Below, one piece after another: positions 26,571 to 40,737 of a stretch of DNA of 64,000 bases. The DNA is from Sphagnum compactum (lineage: Eukaryota). Position 1 is the stretch's first letter, and every line of letters starts with the position of its first letter. The stretch is from NCBI GenBank assembly GCA_965153455.1, contig OZ234494.1, positions 10,602,001 through 10,666,000 of the forward strand. Direction: 5' to 3'. The notes beneath the pieces are model-generated. The model ran no database searches, was not told the origin of the DNA, and worked only from the letters and a program-made list of their open reading frames with translations. Position numbers and translations under genes: made by a program.

Positions 26571-28205
26571 AAGTTGATGTTGTGAAAGGCGAAGGTGTCG
26601 GAAGTTTTGTGAATGTCTTGAATGAACTGATTTTATGAGAATACTTTTTTTATGCCTGAAACTGGATGCTTTTCAACAGAGGGAATGTGGCGTGTCGCTT
26701 CTGGAATGTTCCTTATAGTGGAAAGGGAAAAAGGATTCAAATTTGAAGGAGAGCATTTTACAACTTCTTCATCTTTACTTGGTAGTCAGTTTCTTTGAAT
26801 GCTAGCTTGTGTACAATGCATTTGTGGACAATGGAGGAATTCAAAGAAAGTTGATAAAAATTGGACACTGGATGAAAATGAAGCTTACTTGGAAGATCCA
26901 AACTAAGCTTCATTTTCATCCATTGTCTTACTCTTTCAACTTTTTCAACTGAAATATCATCCATTGGTGTATATATACTGATGGATATATGTTGTCTTAA
27001 ATTGGAAGGTAGAATAATAATAATAAGAAAAAAAATCAAGGCTTTTAAAGGCATCCCATTTATTATTCAATTTCCCTGATGTTCATCCATTGTTCAACCT
27101 CCTTGGATTGTCCAATCAATATATGTAGCTTCATCCATTGTCTCACTATTTTGGATGGTCCAACTTCCACAAGGTCATCCATTGTCCCCATCTTCCTCCA
27201 ACTTCCCTCAGACTCATGCAATTGTCCCACTTTCTTGAATTTAAACTTGATTGGGATTTTGTTCCATTTTCTCAAATTTTCCTCCATTGTTTGTTTGATT
27301 CCTTTGGATTGTCCAAAATTCCCCAAATTCATCCATTGTCTCATTTCCGTGAGATTAATCCATTGTCCCAACCTCCTTCTTTGGATTGTCCAATTTTCCC
27401 AAATTCACTAATTTAAAAAAAAAAATCAAATTCAGAAGCCACTTAAATAATTTGGCATGTGAAGAAGTTGCCAATCAAAAAATTGCTCTCCATCAAGATT
27501 CGGACTCACATTCCTTCCACTCAAAGGATCAATCTTAGACCACTGCATCACAAGTCATTCATTGAAATGCATTGAATTCCAGGCATGATGAAAGTTTGAG
27601 CTTCCAAAAATCATGAATATTCAACAAATCTAAACAAAACTGTTACTATTGAGGACTGGGTTTTTGTTTTGTCAATGTTTTTAAAAATTAAAAATTTCCA
27701 ATTTTAAAATTCGAGAATTAATGTAAAAAAAATTTAGTGAATTTTGCAAGGTAGTGGTGTCTGGTGATCATTATAAAAAGGATTTAGCCAAATTTGGCTA
27801 CAGGCTAGAGAGGAAAGTAGAAAAAATTAAGAATCCTGCTATATATTTTTGGCAACATGCTGGAACCTATTTTCTAAATCTGTTGAGCATCACTAGTGAC
27901 ATGAAATGTAAATAGTACACAAGTTAGAGCATCTCCATAAACACTATTTGCATCCAAATGTTGGATGTGGACTCATAGATCCTCATTTTGTCTAAGCATG
28001 GGACATTTATAAATATTTAGGAGCAATTTAGATGAATTTTGGGGTTTTTACCATGGTACCAGCTAGGGTGCTGGTTCACCCAAGGTGGGATTTCTGTAAT
28101 GTATTATGCAGGTTAGAACTTAGGTTAAATGGTGTAATTCCAAATATGGGGAAATTGAGTACCTATGTTTCTATTATTTTTCTGTAATTCACTTTCCTAA
28201 GCTTA

Positions 28206-28812
28206 GGGTAGACCAGCCCATCATCAATCAGCTGCCTATGACCGAACACTTATTTATATCTTCATCATATGTGCTTCATTTTGAGTGATTAAAAATGTTA
28301 TGGGGGTAGCAATGTTATGAGAGTGCTACCTCAAGCTCTAGAAATCATCTTCGAAGTGCAAAGGAAAGGAGCAATGAAAAAATAACAAGAACAAAAATAA
28401 GCTTTTCAATTTACAAAATGCTTTTTTTTCTTTTTGGACCTCTCCTACTTTCAAACCTCATAACTTTCATAATTCTTATTCATTTTAAATGATTTAAAGT
28501 GCTATATGAGTGCTGCCTGAAGTTCTACAAATCATCTTGGAACTCTAATGGCAACAGAGCAACATACAATGAATTTTTTGGGTGTTTGGGAACCGGCTTT
28601 GGTATGTTCGGTGGTTTGTTTTTTTGAGTTCTTGACCCCCTTTACTTTGGAGGGCCATAACTTTTTCTTTCTTATCCGTTTTTGACAATTGTTAGTGTGT
28701 CAGATGCGTCAAGAGGAGGGGTTCAAGTTTTGGTTGGAAACAACGGAGCCCTCCCCTTGGATCTGGCCTGTGCCCTGAATGCTTAAGTGTTTGATCACCA
28801 GCCAGTCTACCC
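28206..28812. mobile_element. MITE family copy 1 (~607 bp), TIR GGGTAGAC(C/T)..GC
   Basis: Begins GGGTAGACCAGC and ends GCCAGTCTACCC, flanked by TA. Collinear with the copy at 38166-38763. Confidence 0.8.
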
Positions 28813-29475
28813 TAAAGACATCCAAACCTCTTTGTAAAGAAATCCCAGGTTGATATGGGCAAACAAAAAGGCATTTTCCAGTGTTGGGCAGTTCTTTACT
28901 TTTTATGAAGAACCTTTGGTGCCAGTTCTAAAAAATTAATAAAAACTATCACGGTTTTGGTTTTTGTTCCACACATAAATGGAGTGAGGAATCCAGTTAT
29001 GGGTTTTAGTCCTTCAAAAATAAAATAAAATTGGGAACTGAAAATCAGACCTGTTTTCACTCTGGTTCTTACTAACTGAGAACAGAATTGCTTGTTAACT
29101 GCTGGTTAATCTCCAATTAGCCTCTGGTTCTAGTCACCTTTTTTATTTCCCGTCAAACACAAATTTCAAAAATCTCAGTTCTGATTTTGGTTTCCAAAAA
29201 CTGAGAACCCAATTCTGAGTCCCATTCTTTTCAGAAAATTAAATCAGGTTTTGATTCTTGTTCCAGATCTAGAAATTAGGGTTGATTCTAGTTCCTTTTT
29301 GACTAAACCAAAACCAAAACCAGCAGTTCTTACTACCAAAGCAACACCCACCCAACCTCAGTGTTTTCTCTCAGGGTTTGCCTCAGCTAGTTTCCCTTCA
29401 GACTTTTACCTCAGAACTGCACCAGAGGTTCCATCAAATTAAGAGAATTGTGGCAACCAACTTAGTAAGGGTAGG

Positions 29476-29533
29476 TTTAGGGTTTAGGGTAAGGGTGGAT
29501 TTAGGGTTTAGGTTTAAACCCTAAACCCTAAAA
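29476..29533. repeat. Short interstitial plant-telomere-like repeats in head-to-head orientation
   Basis: TTTAGGG units followed directly by AAACCCTAAACCCTAAA, with the junction GGTTTAAACC. Confidence 0.7.
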
Positions 29534-32500
29534 CTCCTATGGAAAAAATTGCACTCCTCCCATGCATAATAAGGTGTAGTAGAGTCTAGACATGTGGACA
29601 CACTTTCATCATGACCATCTCTCACCTGACTCTTGATGATTCTCTAGACAGCCCAGATTCCCTGCCAGCATGAAGCTCATTGTAGCTTAGGAGTGAGAAT
29701 CAAATAGTTGTGGCTTACAGCAGCATCTTGTGGATGTTGGAAGCAGACTTAGAATATCCTCAAAAAAGCTTCATCATCTATGAGTTGATACTTTCATGTA
29801 AACCTGCCATCTCTGGTATCTGCACCAGAATCAATCTGGCCTCCTTTGTTTTATTCTCTTTCTTCCTGTTTGTTGCTTTCTCTTCTCATTTTGCCTTCCT
29901 CCATTTGGCATCTCCTCTCCCCCACCCCCGTCCTTCCCTTTTCACCCACATGGAGGTTGAGATTTGGTAAATTGGAATTTGAGAGGGTTTCTGAATGATA
30001 ACTGAGAAGAAGGGTAGTAAGAGGGTGGATGGCATCATGAGACCACCAAAAGGAAGTTGGACGATGATTACTAGGCCATGAATTTCACATCCTTGTGTGT
30101 CAAGTGTTAGTTTTACACATTTCATCATGTAATGCACTCAAAGAAAATTCTTAGTGTATTTGGAGGGCACTCATATTCATGAATATTGTGTCATACCTTG
30201 CCTAAGGCACCCCAATCCATGTTTTAGGCTTCATTAGTCCACACCACAATTCACATTCCAAGAAAATATCATGGGTGCATCAAAAGTCATGGAGAACTAG
30301 CACAAATGTTTGTGGGGGCATAAAACACTTGTAATTCAATCTCATCATGACTTTTCATGAACTTGACTCCACGGGTTCTAGCAATTGTTGTTATTTTATG
30401 CTATTATTGCTAATGCATATTCAAACCAAATCAACTTACTTGAATGAGATCATGAATGCTTATAACTACTACTCATGATGTATGAAACCCTTTTCTATCT
30501 TTAAAAAGCCATATAAGTTTCACATGAACGACGTGTTGATTAGACATGGATTCAATAACCTTTTTTCAGAACTTGATTGATCTGAAAAGGAAACTAGCTC
30601 AAAAAATTGAATTATGGGCAAAAGGAGGGCATGGGGAAGCAAACATCCACAATGTAGAGATACCACAAGAGCGAATGAAAATGGATACCCTTGATTATTG
30701 AGGATGATAATGAACATCTAATTAATAAGCTTCTCTCGGAACTCAAGTTGGTCAATACTTAGTTGAACGATGATTTTCAACAAGCAAACAATAAAAACCA
30801 TATCCTCTGTCACAAATGTTACTTGTTCCATTCAATCATTCATTCTACATTGTACACTGAGAAATTTATCCTTCCTTTCTCATCACCTAGCTTATGGTTC
30901 ATACACCCTAGTCATAATGGCTTTGGTGTGGAAATTAATGTTGGAGTTTGTGATGGGGAAATCATCCAACAACAAAGGGAGTAGGTTGTATTATTTGTTG
31001 GAGGCAGTCCATGAGTGGGGAATGGTTATGTAGTTCCACAATTTATTATTAGTACCTTTCTTACAACATGGTAGCTATGAACCAAGGTATGATATACACT
31101 AAAATGCAACAAAGTAACATTACATACAGTGTTTCATGACACATAATAGGCAAGATTCACAATGGACATACACAAGAAAGAGTTAACAAACCATGGAAAT
31201 TGTGCATGAAAAGGGAATGTGGAAATTAGGACAATCCTAGCATGATGAAAGGTGATGTTAATGTGACATGAATTTGATGTGATAGTCTTAGATGGGGCCC
31301 AAAATATGTATATGCATGGCATTGTGGGATGAACATGGAAATGGGATAGAGTGATGAGGACATTCATGTTGGTGGCATCTTTTGATGTGATTGGTGATGG
31401 TGCAAGGAAGATACCTTGAAACTAAAGGAATTCCCGACTTTCTATGTATATCTCCACCATGAAGAGAGGAACAACCATGATGTCAAATTAGATTATTTGA
31501 GTACCCAGACCACCACTAGCAAATAAGACCCAAATATATCATATATCCGGATATGGGGTCATATACCTGAATATAATATATCATATCAGATCTGAACTGC
31601 ATGAATATCAAAGTACCTGTTATTTCATAATGTTAGCTCCAGTCTCTTCTATACAACTTTTACATGAACTTGTGGGCTTTTCATATGCAATGAATAACCG
31701 CCCCAAATTTTTTGTAGGAATGAATGGAAAAAACAAGTTGTCCACCCATGATTGGGTTTGTTTTGCATGTTCCCCATTTTGGATTTTCAAAGCTTTTGAT
31801 CAAGCTCAGCCCTGCCCACCTTTTATGGCAGAACGTTTGGGACCTAATCAATTGGATTTCTAGACAGCATTATAGACCCATTTGACTCATTACAAGCTGT
31901 GCTTTACAAGTTTAGTTCTTATACACTAGAACATTATGTGCATGCCTCAAACTTGATTGTTCCAAAAATTGGATCAATTTGACCTCTTCCCACTATGACT
32001 TGCTCCTTTCACAACTGATTGATCAGATTCTAGGTTGTATTGGACAACTCATTAGAAGGCCAGTTTAGTTTTCCAAAAGCAATAGCAAAACTAGTCAGAT
32101 TCACACTAGAAAAACATTTCTCCAAAGCTTTCCCAAATTTTGTGTCAAAATTTATAAAAAAACCACCTGTTCCTGTGGGACATGGTGATGGCTTTTTGGG
32201 CTGGGGTCTTATTTTGTAATTTCAGTTTGTAATTCATTCTATCAATGAAAAAAGGGGGTGGATGGAGCAAATGTTGTACACAGTTGCTTATATAGGGTTT
32301 GATGGAGCAGTGTCTTTTTTGGTTCCAGGATGTTGAATTTTTGCTGTCCTACCTCTGAAGTTGTGAGTCTAAATTGTAGGCAAGAAATGAATAATCCCTT
32401 GAACCACAACTTAGACACAAGCAATTCAGCAACTAATGCCTCAACAAATCAGTCAAGAGAGGCCTGCACAAATATTGTAGGTTTGGTTGCTTGGCAAACC

Positions 32501-35500
32501 CAATCTGGGTGATTGAGAATTGACTGACACTTTCAACAACTCCCCATCATACAAAGTCAGGCATAATTTAAACTCCACAAAAAGTTCTTTTAGCAGATTT
32601 AGTTGAAGGGTGGCACAAGTGGTACTGATGACCATCACATAAGCTGTCAAAAAAGTATCCACAACAAGCACCAATTATTATACCAGTGGGTATCCTTTGC
32701 TCTCGTCTCTTAAGGACCCAAGCTCTTACATTCTTCAAAGCACTTGAAGAGAAGAAAATAGCCAAGCCTAAAACCAAGTTCAAGGAATAAACTGGTGAGA
32801 TCCTCACTACATGAAGCCAAAAGATATGTCAACAATAGCAATCCTGGGACAAGTAATTATCACATGATATAATTAAGTTTTCATATTAAAATTGCACAAG
32901 TTTTGCATCATTTTAGTATTTGTCACACAATACAATTTCAACTTGTGTCATATGTGATTTGGGTGTTTAGGGTTTTAAGTAAAACTTGACAGTGAAGTTC
33001 TGTTAACATCACAATCATAATTTAGTAAAAGTCTTAACACTTATGAATTTCTTTGACAACATGACTTATGGTTTTTGTATCATATTTGTCAATGTTTAAA
33101 AAATATACATTCCAAAATCCGTAGAGTTTTGAGATGTTAAGCCCTAACACCAGATAGAGGGAGATCTTGTGTAATCAAATACAGGTAAGATTATACATTT
33201 TTCAATAAGTTTTTACCATTCCTCAAGACTTTTTTTGTTGAAAATATGTTGAAATACTAAAATATTAGAAGGTATCATTAGCTACCGCAACTATACTTTC
33301 ACCAAAGAATTCAAAAAAATTAACACAAATATGATGACTTTCCAGCTAAAAGAGGTCAAAAGAACATTTGTTATAAGGACACCATTTCCCATAACATGCA
33401 AAAAAATTGTAGAACCGAAGGTGGAGTATGAAGAGGTACTATAATTTGTTTCCTAGATTTGGTGGGTTAGAATGCTAAGTAACAAACTTGCAATCATCAA
33501 TGTGTTGGTTGTGGTTCATGACCAAATCATATTTACAACCTATTTAAACCATGAAATTGTTAGATTTGAAATGCAACTAGCCATCGATTTCAATTTATTT
33601 AAATACTTTTAGTATTTGAAAGGTCTTTATGATGTGATTTGTTCCCAAAAGTCTAGATCTCAATTAAAACCATTTTCCCAAAAAGTTTCCATTTTCCTTT
33701 TTTCACAAAGAAAGAAAAGCTTCAAATACAATGTCAACTATTATAGTTTGTCAAGCTTTTTCCCATATGTGAAAAAGAATCTTCAATTTCTGAAATTTTG
33801 AAGATTCAATTCACCATTTTGGTGGATCTTAGCACTCTTTAACATCCTTTGTGAACTAGAAATTGGAGCATAGTTAACCACTATGTTAGATGATGACCTA
33901 TTGGATGTGTACAAGGTTCTAGGTATAGTAGCCTAGAAGAAGAAACATTTGAAACCTAAACATAAAAGCTTGTTCAAAGTGACAAATTAGTCCATGTTAT
34001 TCAAAAAAGGGGATCCACATGATTCAAAAAACCATGACAATAAGCAACCTTCAATCATGTAGTACTTGCAAAATACAATCTAAGAAGAGGTTTGGAAATG
34101 CCATCGATGATGTTTTACAAATGATGACTTGTGAGTGGAGCAACTGATAATGCACAAAGAGGCAACTCAAAAAACAATTGTTTTAGGTGGTGGTTACACC
34201 AATCAAAAATGAAATTGCACAAAAACAACACCCACTCCCAATATGGTACTCATTACTAAGATGATAGCGGTAAAACTCCAAAAGAAAAAGAGAGAGTTCT
34301 TAGCTACACAAAAGACCTCATTCAATAGCAAAGCACAACACAAGAAAATAATTTGAAGTTTGGATGGATGTCATGAGAGATGAGTGTGGAAGGTGGGCAA
34401 TCAAAAGGACTTGATCCATGGCATGAGAATGAAAATTAACAATGAGGTGCCAATCAAGGGGGGGGGGAGGGGGGTGTTGTTTCCCCTTCAATTTTTGTGA
34501 TATGAAAATTTGGCGAAATTTTCCAAAATTAACAAAATTAGTCAAATTTACACAAGAAAAAAAAAATTCAAAAAAAAAATTCCCATTTTTGGGGGTCAAA
34601 ATAATGATTTTTTTTGTTGGAAAACAAGCACAGATGCCCAAGAGGAAGTCATCCAAGCCATCTGGATGAGAAAAAGAGGATGAAATCCAAATTGAGAAAC
34701 TGATGTGGACTAGAGGAAATGACAGCGATTTGATTCAATCACCAAGTCTACATTTTAGATTCAATTTCACAATTTTGGATGAAACCCACAAATGTTGGCA
34801 TCATCCATCCAAGAAATACCTTTTTCCATTGGTTTTCCAAATCCCTGTGGTAATTAAAACCTGGTTAGGGTTTTTATTACCTACCTATTATTAACACGTA
34901 AATACTGTAGTAAAAGGGCAGTTTCAACAACCAAAATGGGTCTACAAAATTCATTTATCTTCCAGAGTTCATGTCAAAAAATAGTATGTACAAGAATATT
35001 CTCAAAATATTCTCTAATCCCCTTCACAGACACAAATAAAATTGTTCTTTGAAAAATAAAATAAAATTGGGGGTAATTTTTTTGACATTTCTGAAAAACA
35101 TGTAATCTACTGTTGAGGCTCACAATGTACTAGGGTTAAAAACACCAGTAAATACATACATATATACATGTATAGGACAGGGTATGTGTACATGTACATG
35201 TACCTGAACATATACGTATGTATATTCGTAGAATGGGAAAACTTCCGAGTAGGAGCAGAACGGGCTTGCTCGATCATCGAGCTTGGCTTGATTGCTGATG
35301 CTCGATGCACGATGATGATGATCAGCAGCAGCAGCAGCAGCAGCTGGGTTGTTGATGATGGACACTGCCTGACAAAGGCTTTGAAATCGCAGCAGCTACA
35401 AGCGCAAATCGAAGAAGAATTTGACACCCAATTGCGCGAAAAATCACACCACCACCACCACCACCACCACCACTACCAACAACAACAACAACTGAGCATG

Positions 35501-35897
35501 CCAAAAAAGTCTGGGTCGTTTGATTTTTAGTTGATCATCATTTCGCATGTTTTTGTCTCTGTACTTTTGCCAATAGTGAGGATGAAGAATTTGATTCCAT
35601 GATTCTTGAAGATTCTGTTTCTTCTCTTGTGTCGTGTTATGTGTGCTTGGATTGTTTGCTGCTGGTTGGTACTAGCTGAGCTCGACAGGTGCTAGCTTGA
35701 GCTGATCCATCCGGGAGGAGGAGCTGGAGGAGGAGCTTCCAGGACCCATCTGTAGGCTGAGAAAAAGGTGAAGAAGATTAAGCGTCATATATAAGTGTGT
35801 TGTTTATTTGTGTGTTGTGAGAGAGAATAGCTCGAGTGCGAGCGCTCAAGGGGAGTTGAGCATTGATTGATCAGCCGCGAGTGAGTGAGAAAGAGAG

Positions 35898-37507
35898 ATG
35901 GAGTCCGCAGGGTTTGTAGCGAGTACTAGAGAGAGCTTCGGGGAGGTTCTGGCAGCCATCCCTTTTAACTGGGAAGTGGTGCCTGGAAGACCCAAGCTGC
36001 AGCAGCAGAGTTCGATGATGAACAACAGCGCCGCCGCAGGCAGCATCAAGGGCGGAGGAGGAGAAGGAGGAGGAGGAGGAGCGAACGCGGAGGTATTTCA
36101 GCAGCAGCAGCAGGTTGTGGGCAATTGGAGAGCAAATCATGAAGCAGCGGAATTCGTACGTAAAATGCCGCTCCTGAGCAATCGAAACTGCCGACCGTTG
36201 GCATCCAAGTCGACTTCTGCGATTAATTTCAGTCCTCACTTTCAAGCGGAGATTGTCGCGACATCGATGTCTGTTGGGAATATAAAACCCGACGACAATT
36301 TCGTCATCGGCCAACTCCTGCCATTGCCTCCCAGGTTGCGAACTCCTGCAAAACAGCACCACCGGAATCATACAGCACCAGTCGATCATCATCATTCTTC
36401 TGATGCTCCTGCGGGAAACATCAGCAGCAGATGGCGAGGAACTCGCTTCAGGGATGAAATGGCACTGGAGCCAAGACTAGATTCATGTCTGCATCGTCGG
36501 ACCCGCTCTCTCCACACCCTGAGAGAAGCAGCTGCTGTACGACCTGCATCCGGGAAAGATTCAGCTGCAAATTCTCAACAATCTGCTACTCATGGCGATC
36601 TTGATGGGTCAAAGCTCATGTGGCCATTCTTGAAGGACAAAATCCGCTGGAGTAGTCAAAGCGCCAGATCATCAAATAATCTTCTGCAGCAGCAGCAGCA
36701 GCATCGTCATCGTCTGAGCAGGAGCAGGAGCAGCAGCAACTTCGATCCTCAAAATGTTGCTCCTAACAAACTGGTGAATCATTCCAAAGAAAACGTCCAA
36801 ATCCTCGACTTCTTCTCGACGTCTCCACATGAGCAGCACACTCATCAAAACGGACCCTTAAAGTCGATGCTGCATACTAAAGAAACTAAAGAAGTCTTAG
36901 CAATACCATCCAGACCTGCAGGCTCTTTCCGAAAACTTGCTGCAGTGACCACGTCTGGATCAAAAGCAAAACCATCTTCAAGGTGGGTTTGTTTGTTAAA
37001 CCTCAATTTCTGACTCTGCAATTTATTCCCAAAAACAAATATCTCGCAACAATCTTGGGCGGTTTTTTTTGGTTTTTTTTCCCTCTCTCTCTCTCTCTCT
37101 CTCTCTACTACAGCTACTTCCAGGAGAACTCTCTGCAGCCACTTGTATCCTTCATGATGCTGATCAATGATGCTTGCAACCTTTGTTCGTTGATTGACAG
37201 AACATCCTCTCGTTTTTCCACAAGATCTCCAGCTGCTGTAATCCCACATGATGATTCTCATGAAACTCAAAGCATGCCAGCAGCAAGAGATATTGTTCAT
37301 CAGGAAGAACCTGCAAGTCATCACGATCACAGAGCTCCTGAGCCTGGGAGGTCATATTCTATCAGCAAGGGAATAAGAAGTAGTACTAGTAGTACTAGTA
37401 GTAGTCCTCCCAGCTGCTGCTGCTGCTTTACCATAGTTTCTTCACCCATACTGCAATCCTGCCATAGAGGATTCCATGGACTTACACCAGGATATGAAAG
37501 TCCTTGA
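35898..37507 (+). CDS. Low-complexity plant protein with DUF688-like motif; probable 2 exons (35898-36982, 37114-37507), ~492 aa
   Basis: 371-aa ORF containing IPFNWEVVPGRPK and a later LPLPP. Donor AG|GTGGGT at 36982/36983, and a CT-rich tract ending TACAG at 37113 joins in phase to the 36983-37507 frame. An in-frame stop lies just upstream of ATG 35898. Confidence 0.7.
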
Positions 37508-37674
37508 AACAGCAAACCCAAAAACACACACACAATTTCCACCAAAAAACAAAAAAAATAATTCTTTAGCAGCTTGCAGATTTTCTTACTTACAAAATTG
37601 CATATTGAAGCTCTGGATCATCCATCATGTTTAGAAATTATGCACTTGTAGCTCTCTGGATCATGGTGTTTTAG

Positions 37675-37785
37675 CATCCCCAGTTGAGGATCAGCATCCC
37701 AAGTTGAGGATAATTAACATCCCCAGTTGAGAGGAGGATTAGTATCCCAAGGTTTGAGAAGTAATAACATCCAAAACTTTGGCAT
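37675..37785. repeat. Degenerate ~20-25 bp tandem repeat x5 downstream of the DUF688-like gene
   Basis: CATCCC(C/A)AGTTGAGGA variants. Confidence 0.75.
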
Positions 37786-38165
37786 TTGTATTGCAGAGTT
37801 TTAATTAAAAGAGAAGGGATTCTGATCCTTGAATCTCTGGTTTCTGGAGAGTATGCAAAGTTGCAGGATGTAATTTTATGGATCATTAACATATTAGGGA
37901 GATGCTGCTGATCATGAATTTTCATGTGGGGCTGGGACACCCAGTTCAATACTTATTATTCCAATCTTCAGTTTTAATTGGTTTCTCCTCCAAAAGTTTA
38001 TACACATCATTTCGAGGTTCATTTCAATTCAAGTGAATATTGATAGTCCAAAAAAGCTGATACCACTGTTGTTTCTTCAATCCAAAGCTTTAACAAGATT
38101 TCCACTTGGAATGTGTTTTGAGTTTATATCTTTGTCATGCTACTTCTAATTTTCTGATGGCACTA

Positions 38166-38763
38166 GGGTAGACTGGCCCATCACCAATCGCCTGTCGATG
38201 ATCAAACACTTATTTATATCTTCATCATATGTGCTTCATTTTGAGTGATTTAAAATGTCATGGGAGCGCTGCCTCAAGCTCTAGAAATCATCTTTGAAGT
38301 GCAAAGGAAAAGGAGTAATGAAAAAGTAACAAGAAGAAAAATAGGATTTTCACTTTACAAAGTGTGTTTTTTTTCTTTTCTTTGGACCCTTTCTACTTTC
38401 AAATCTCATAACTTTCTTATTTCTTATTCATTTTAAACAATTTAAAGTGCTATGAGAACGCTACTTGAAGTTTTACACATCGTCTTTGAACTCTAATAGC
38501 AAGACTGACATACAAGGAATGTTTTGGGTGTTCAGAAACGGGCCTTTGTAATGTTTGGTGGTTTGTTTTTTTTGGTTCTTGACCCCCTTTGCTTTGGGGA
38601 CTGTAACTTTCTCATTTTTAATCCGTTTTCAATGATTTTTAGTGTGTCAGATGCACAAAGAGGAGGGGTTCAAGTTTTGTTTGGACACTAAAAACAACGA
38701 ACCTCTCCCTTGGATTCAGCCTGCCCTGAATGGTTAAATGTTTGGTCACCAGCCAGTCTACCC
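38166..38763. mobile_element. MITE family copy 2 (~598 bp)
   Basis: Begins GGGTAGACTGGC and ends GCCAGTCTACCC (perfect 12-bp TIR), flanked by TA. Internal sequence is shared with copy 1, e.g. CTTATTTATATCTTCATCATATGTGCTTCATTTTGAGTGATT. Confidence 0.8.
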
Positions 38764-40737
38764 TACTCTGTGCATGGATGTAACATGTCATGAAAATTCA
38801 CAATCTTTGGGGATACCCTATGTTGATGTCAGGTTCAATACATATTAATTCAAATTTTCCTTCTTGAAAACTTTGGGAAATTTCTCTTGATATGTCTGAA
38901 ACTTCAGACTAATCTTATTTTGACTTTGCTTAATAATGAAAAAAAAACTTCACTATCTCCTTCCTTCCTCACAATTTTATTTTTTGCAGGGGCAGGGGGT
39001 TGGGGGTGGGGTGGCCTCATATAGGGGAGATATGAAAACCACAATTGCTTTGCCTTTTACTCTTGTGCACTTCAAAGGAATAAAATTTCTCCTTATTCAT
39101 GACTTACAAGTTAAAATGGCCAACCAAATGATTAGGGCACAATTTCAATACAAAAGGTGTCATGCTCTAAAGATCTTCAATAAGAAACTATGTTAGTTAA
39201 TTTGTGAATAATTTGTTGTGTACACAATATATATATCCTTAACTTTCAAATATGAATTGTGAATTGAAGACTTCCAATCTTTACAATTATGTATCACTAG
39301 TTGTAATTCTCAAGTTTCATAACAAGAAAGTCAATTTAGAGAAAAGTCCAAAAAAATTCAAATCTTGCACAAATGAGTGAATTCCAATAACAGCCATTTG
39401 CAGAGATTCCAATCTCCTTTTGTCACACGACTTGCTTATCAATCCCAGTATTCTCTAAGTGGCTGCTAACCTAGAGCAGACAGTAAATCACCATTGGGTC
39501 ATTATTGCAGGTAGTATAATGGTACTGCCTGCTTCTTTTTTCCCTTGTCTGTCCTTTGGCCAAATCCATCTTTTTTGAGAAAAAGAGGGATGGTCGATGC
39601 CTAGACACACTTTGGCTCCATGCTATGCCCATTTTTGGCCTATAATAGACAGTACATGTGCACTACAGGCCCAAAACATGCATAGCAGGACTCTATACCC
39701 ACACACCTCGGCAGTACCACTATGGGCAGCACCCAAACATGTCTGGGCACCAACAGACACACCTTGGACAAGCAAATGTGAACTGAGAAAAAAAGCAGGT
39801 AAGGACCTCATGCTCATTCACCTAAATGTCTGTAGTTCATCTTTAGGTGCAAAATTCAGACACAATACTAATATGGGGTTTGGAGCAACAGGGCATGTAG
39901 GCAATAGTTTTAGGTGTGATTCAGTTAAATCTGTGCAAGGACACGTGATCTAGCTAAACATCATGGCATCACAAGGTGCTGGAGGACATTTGTGGAGTTA
40001 GCTCTGAAACCAGATACCAAAAGTCTTCACAAAATGATAAATATGGTTTACTCACTAGAATGCCAGGTTGCCTGCAGGTACTGAAACAAGAGCAGGATAC
40101 TCACCAAATTGTTGCAGCTACGCACACACTTGAGTTCAACTGCACAATTGATACAACCAGAACAGCAGGGGCAGAATTGTGAAATAGTCAGGACAGCAGA
40201 AGCCTAAAAACACAAGCTATCTCACAAACCTGACCTTTGTAATTTCATGATGCACACTGCAAGAACTCGCTTAAACATGAACAACAAAGTGGATCCAAAT
40301 TTCTTCATCACTGTTCCCCAACATCCTGACATGTGAATCTCATCACCATGCAGAATGTGCAAAACATCTTCATTGCAGCAAAATGAAATACCAAGCAGCA
40401 GCTGGTACATGGATGATGGTTTTATCCATACACTGTAGCTGAGAGGCTCTCTCAGCTCCTCATGCATATGCCGCTTTAAAATGTCACTGCACTCTTTCAT
40501 CTCCTACATCCCTACTCAGCAACTCAAGGAAATCGTAGCTGAAGAGTGCCCAAACAAAAGCATTAGTTTTAACTCTTATGGTTCAGTCTGGTATAAGGAC
40601 TGCAGTCTTAGAAAATGCAGAGTGACCACTGTCAAAGAAGTGCCATAGCCTTCTGACCCTTGTGGCTGTAGACCCTTGCACCCAGTTGGAATGGGACACA
40701 GAGGGAAGCAAATAAAAGAAAGCAACGGGAAGAAGGA

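Noticed and set aside
27485..27556. tRNA-like A/B boxes on the minus strand (TGCAGTGGT...GAGTCCGAATC)
   Set aside because: No cloverleaf can be formed; at most a decayed tRNA-derived SINE head.
29550..34350. Broken coding-like stretches
   Set aside because: Frequent stops and no motif I can name with confidence; left unannotated.
39400..40540. Extra MAD1 coding exons downstream
   Set aside because: The MAD1 frame ends at the conserved C-terminus (TAA 40738). Donor-like sites further down could only be 3'UTR and are unsupported.
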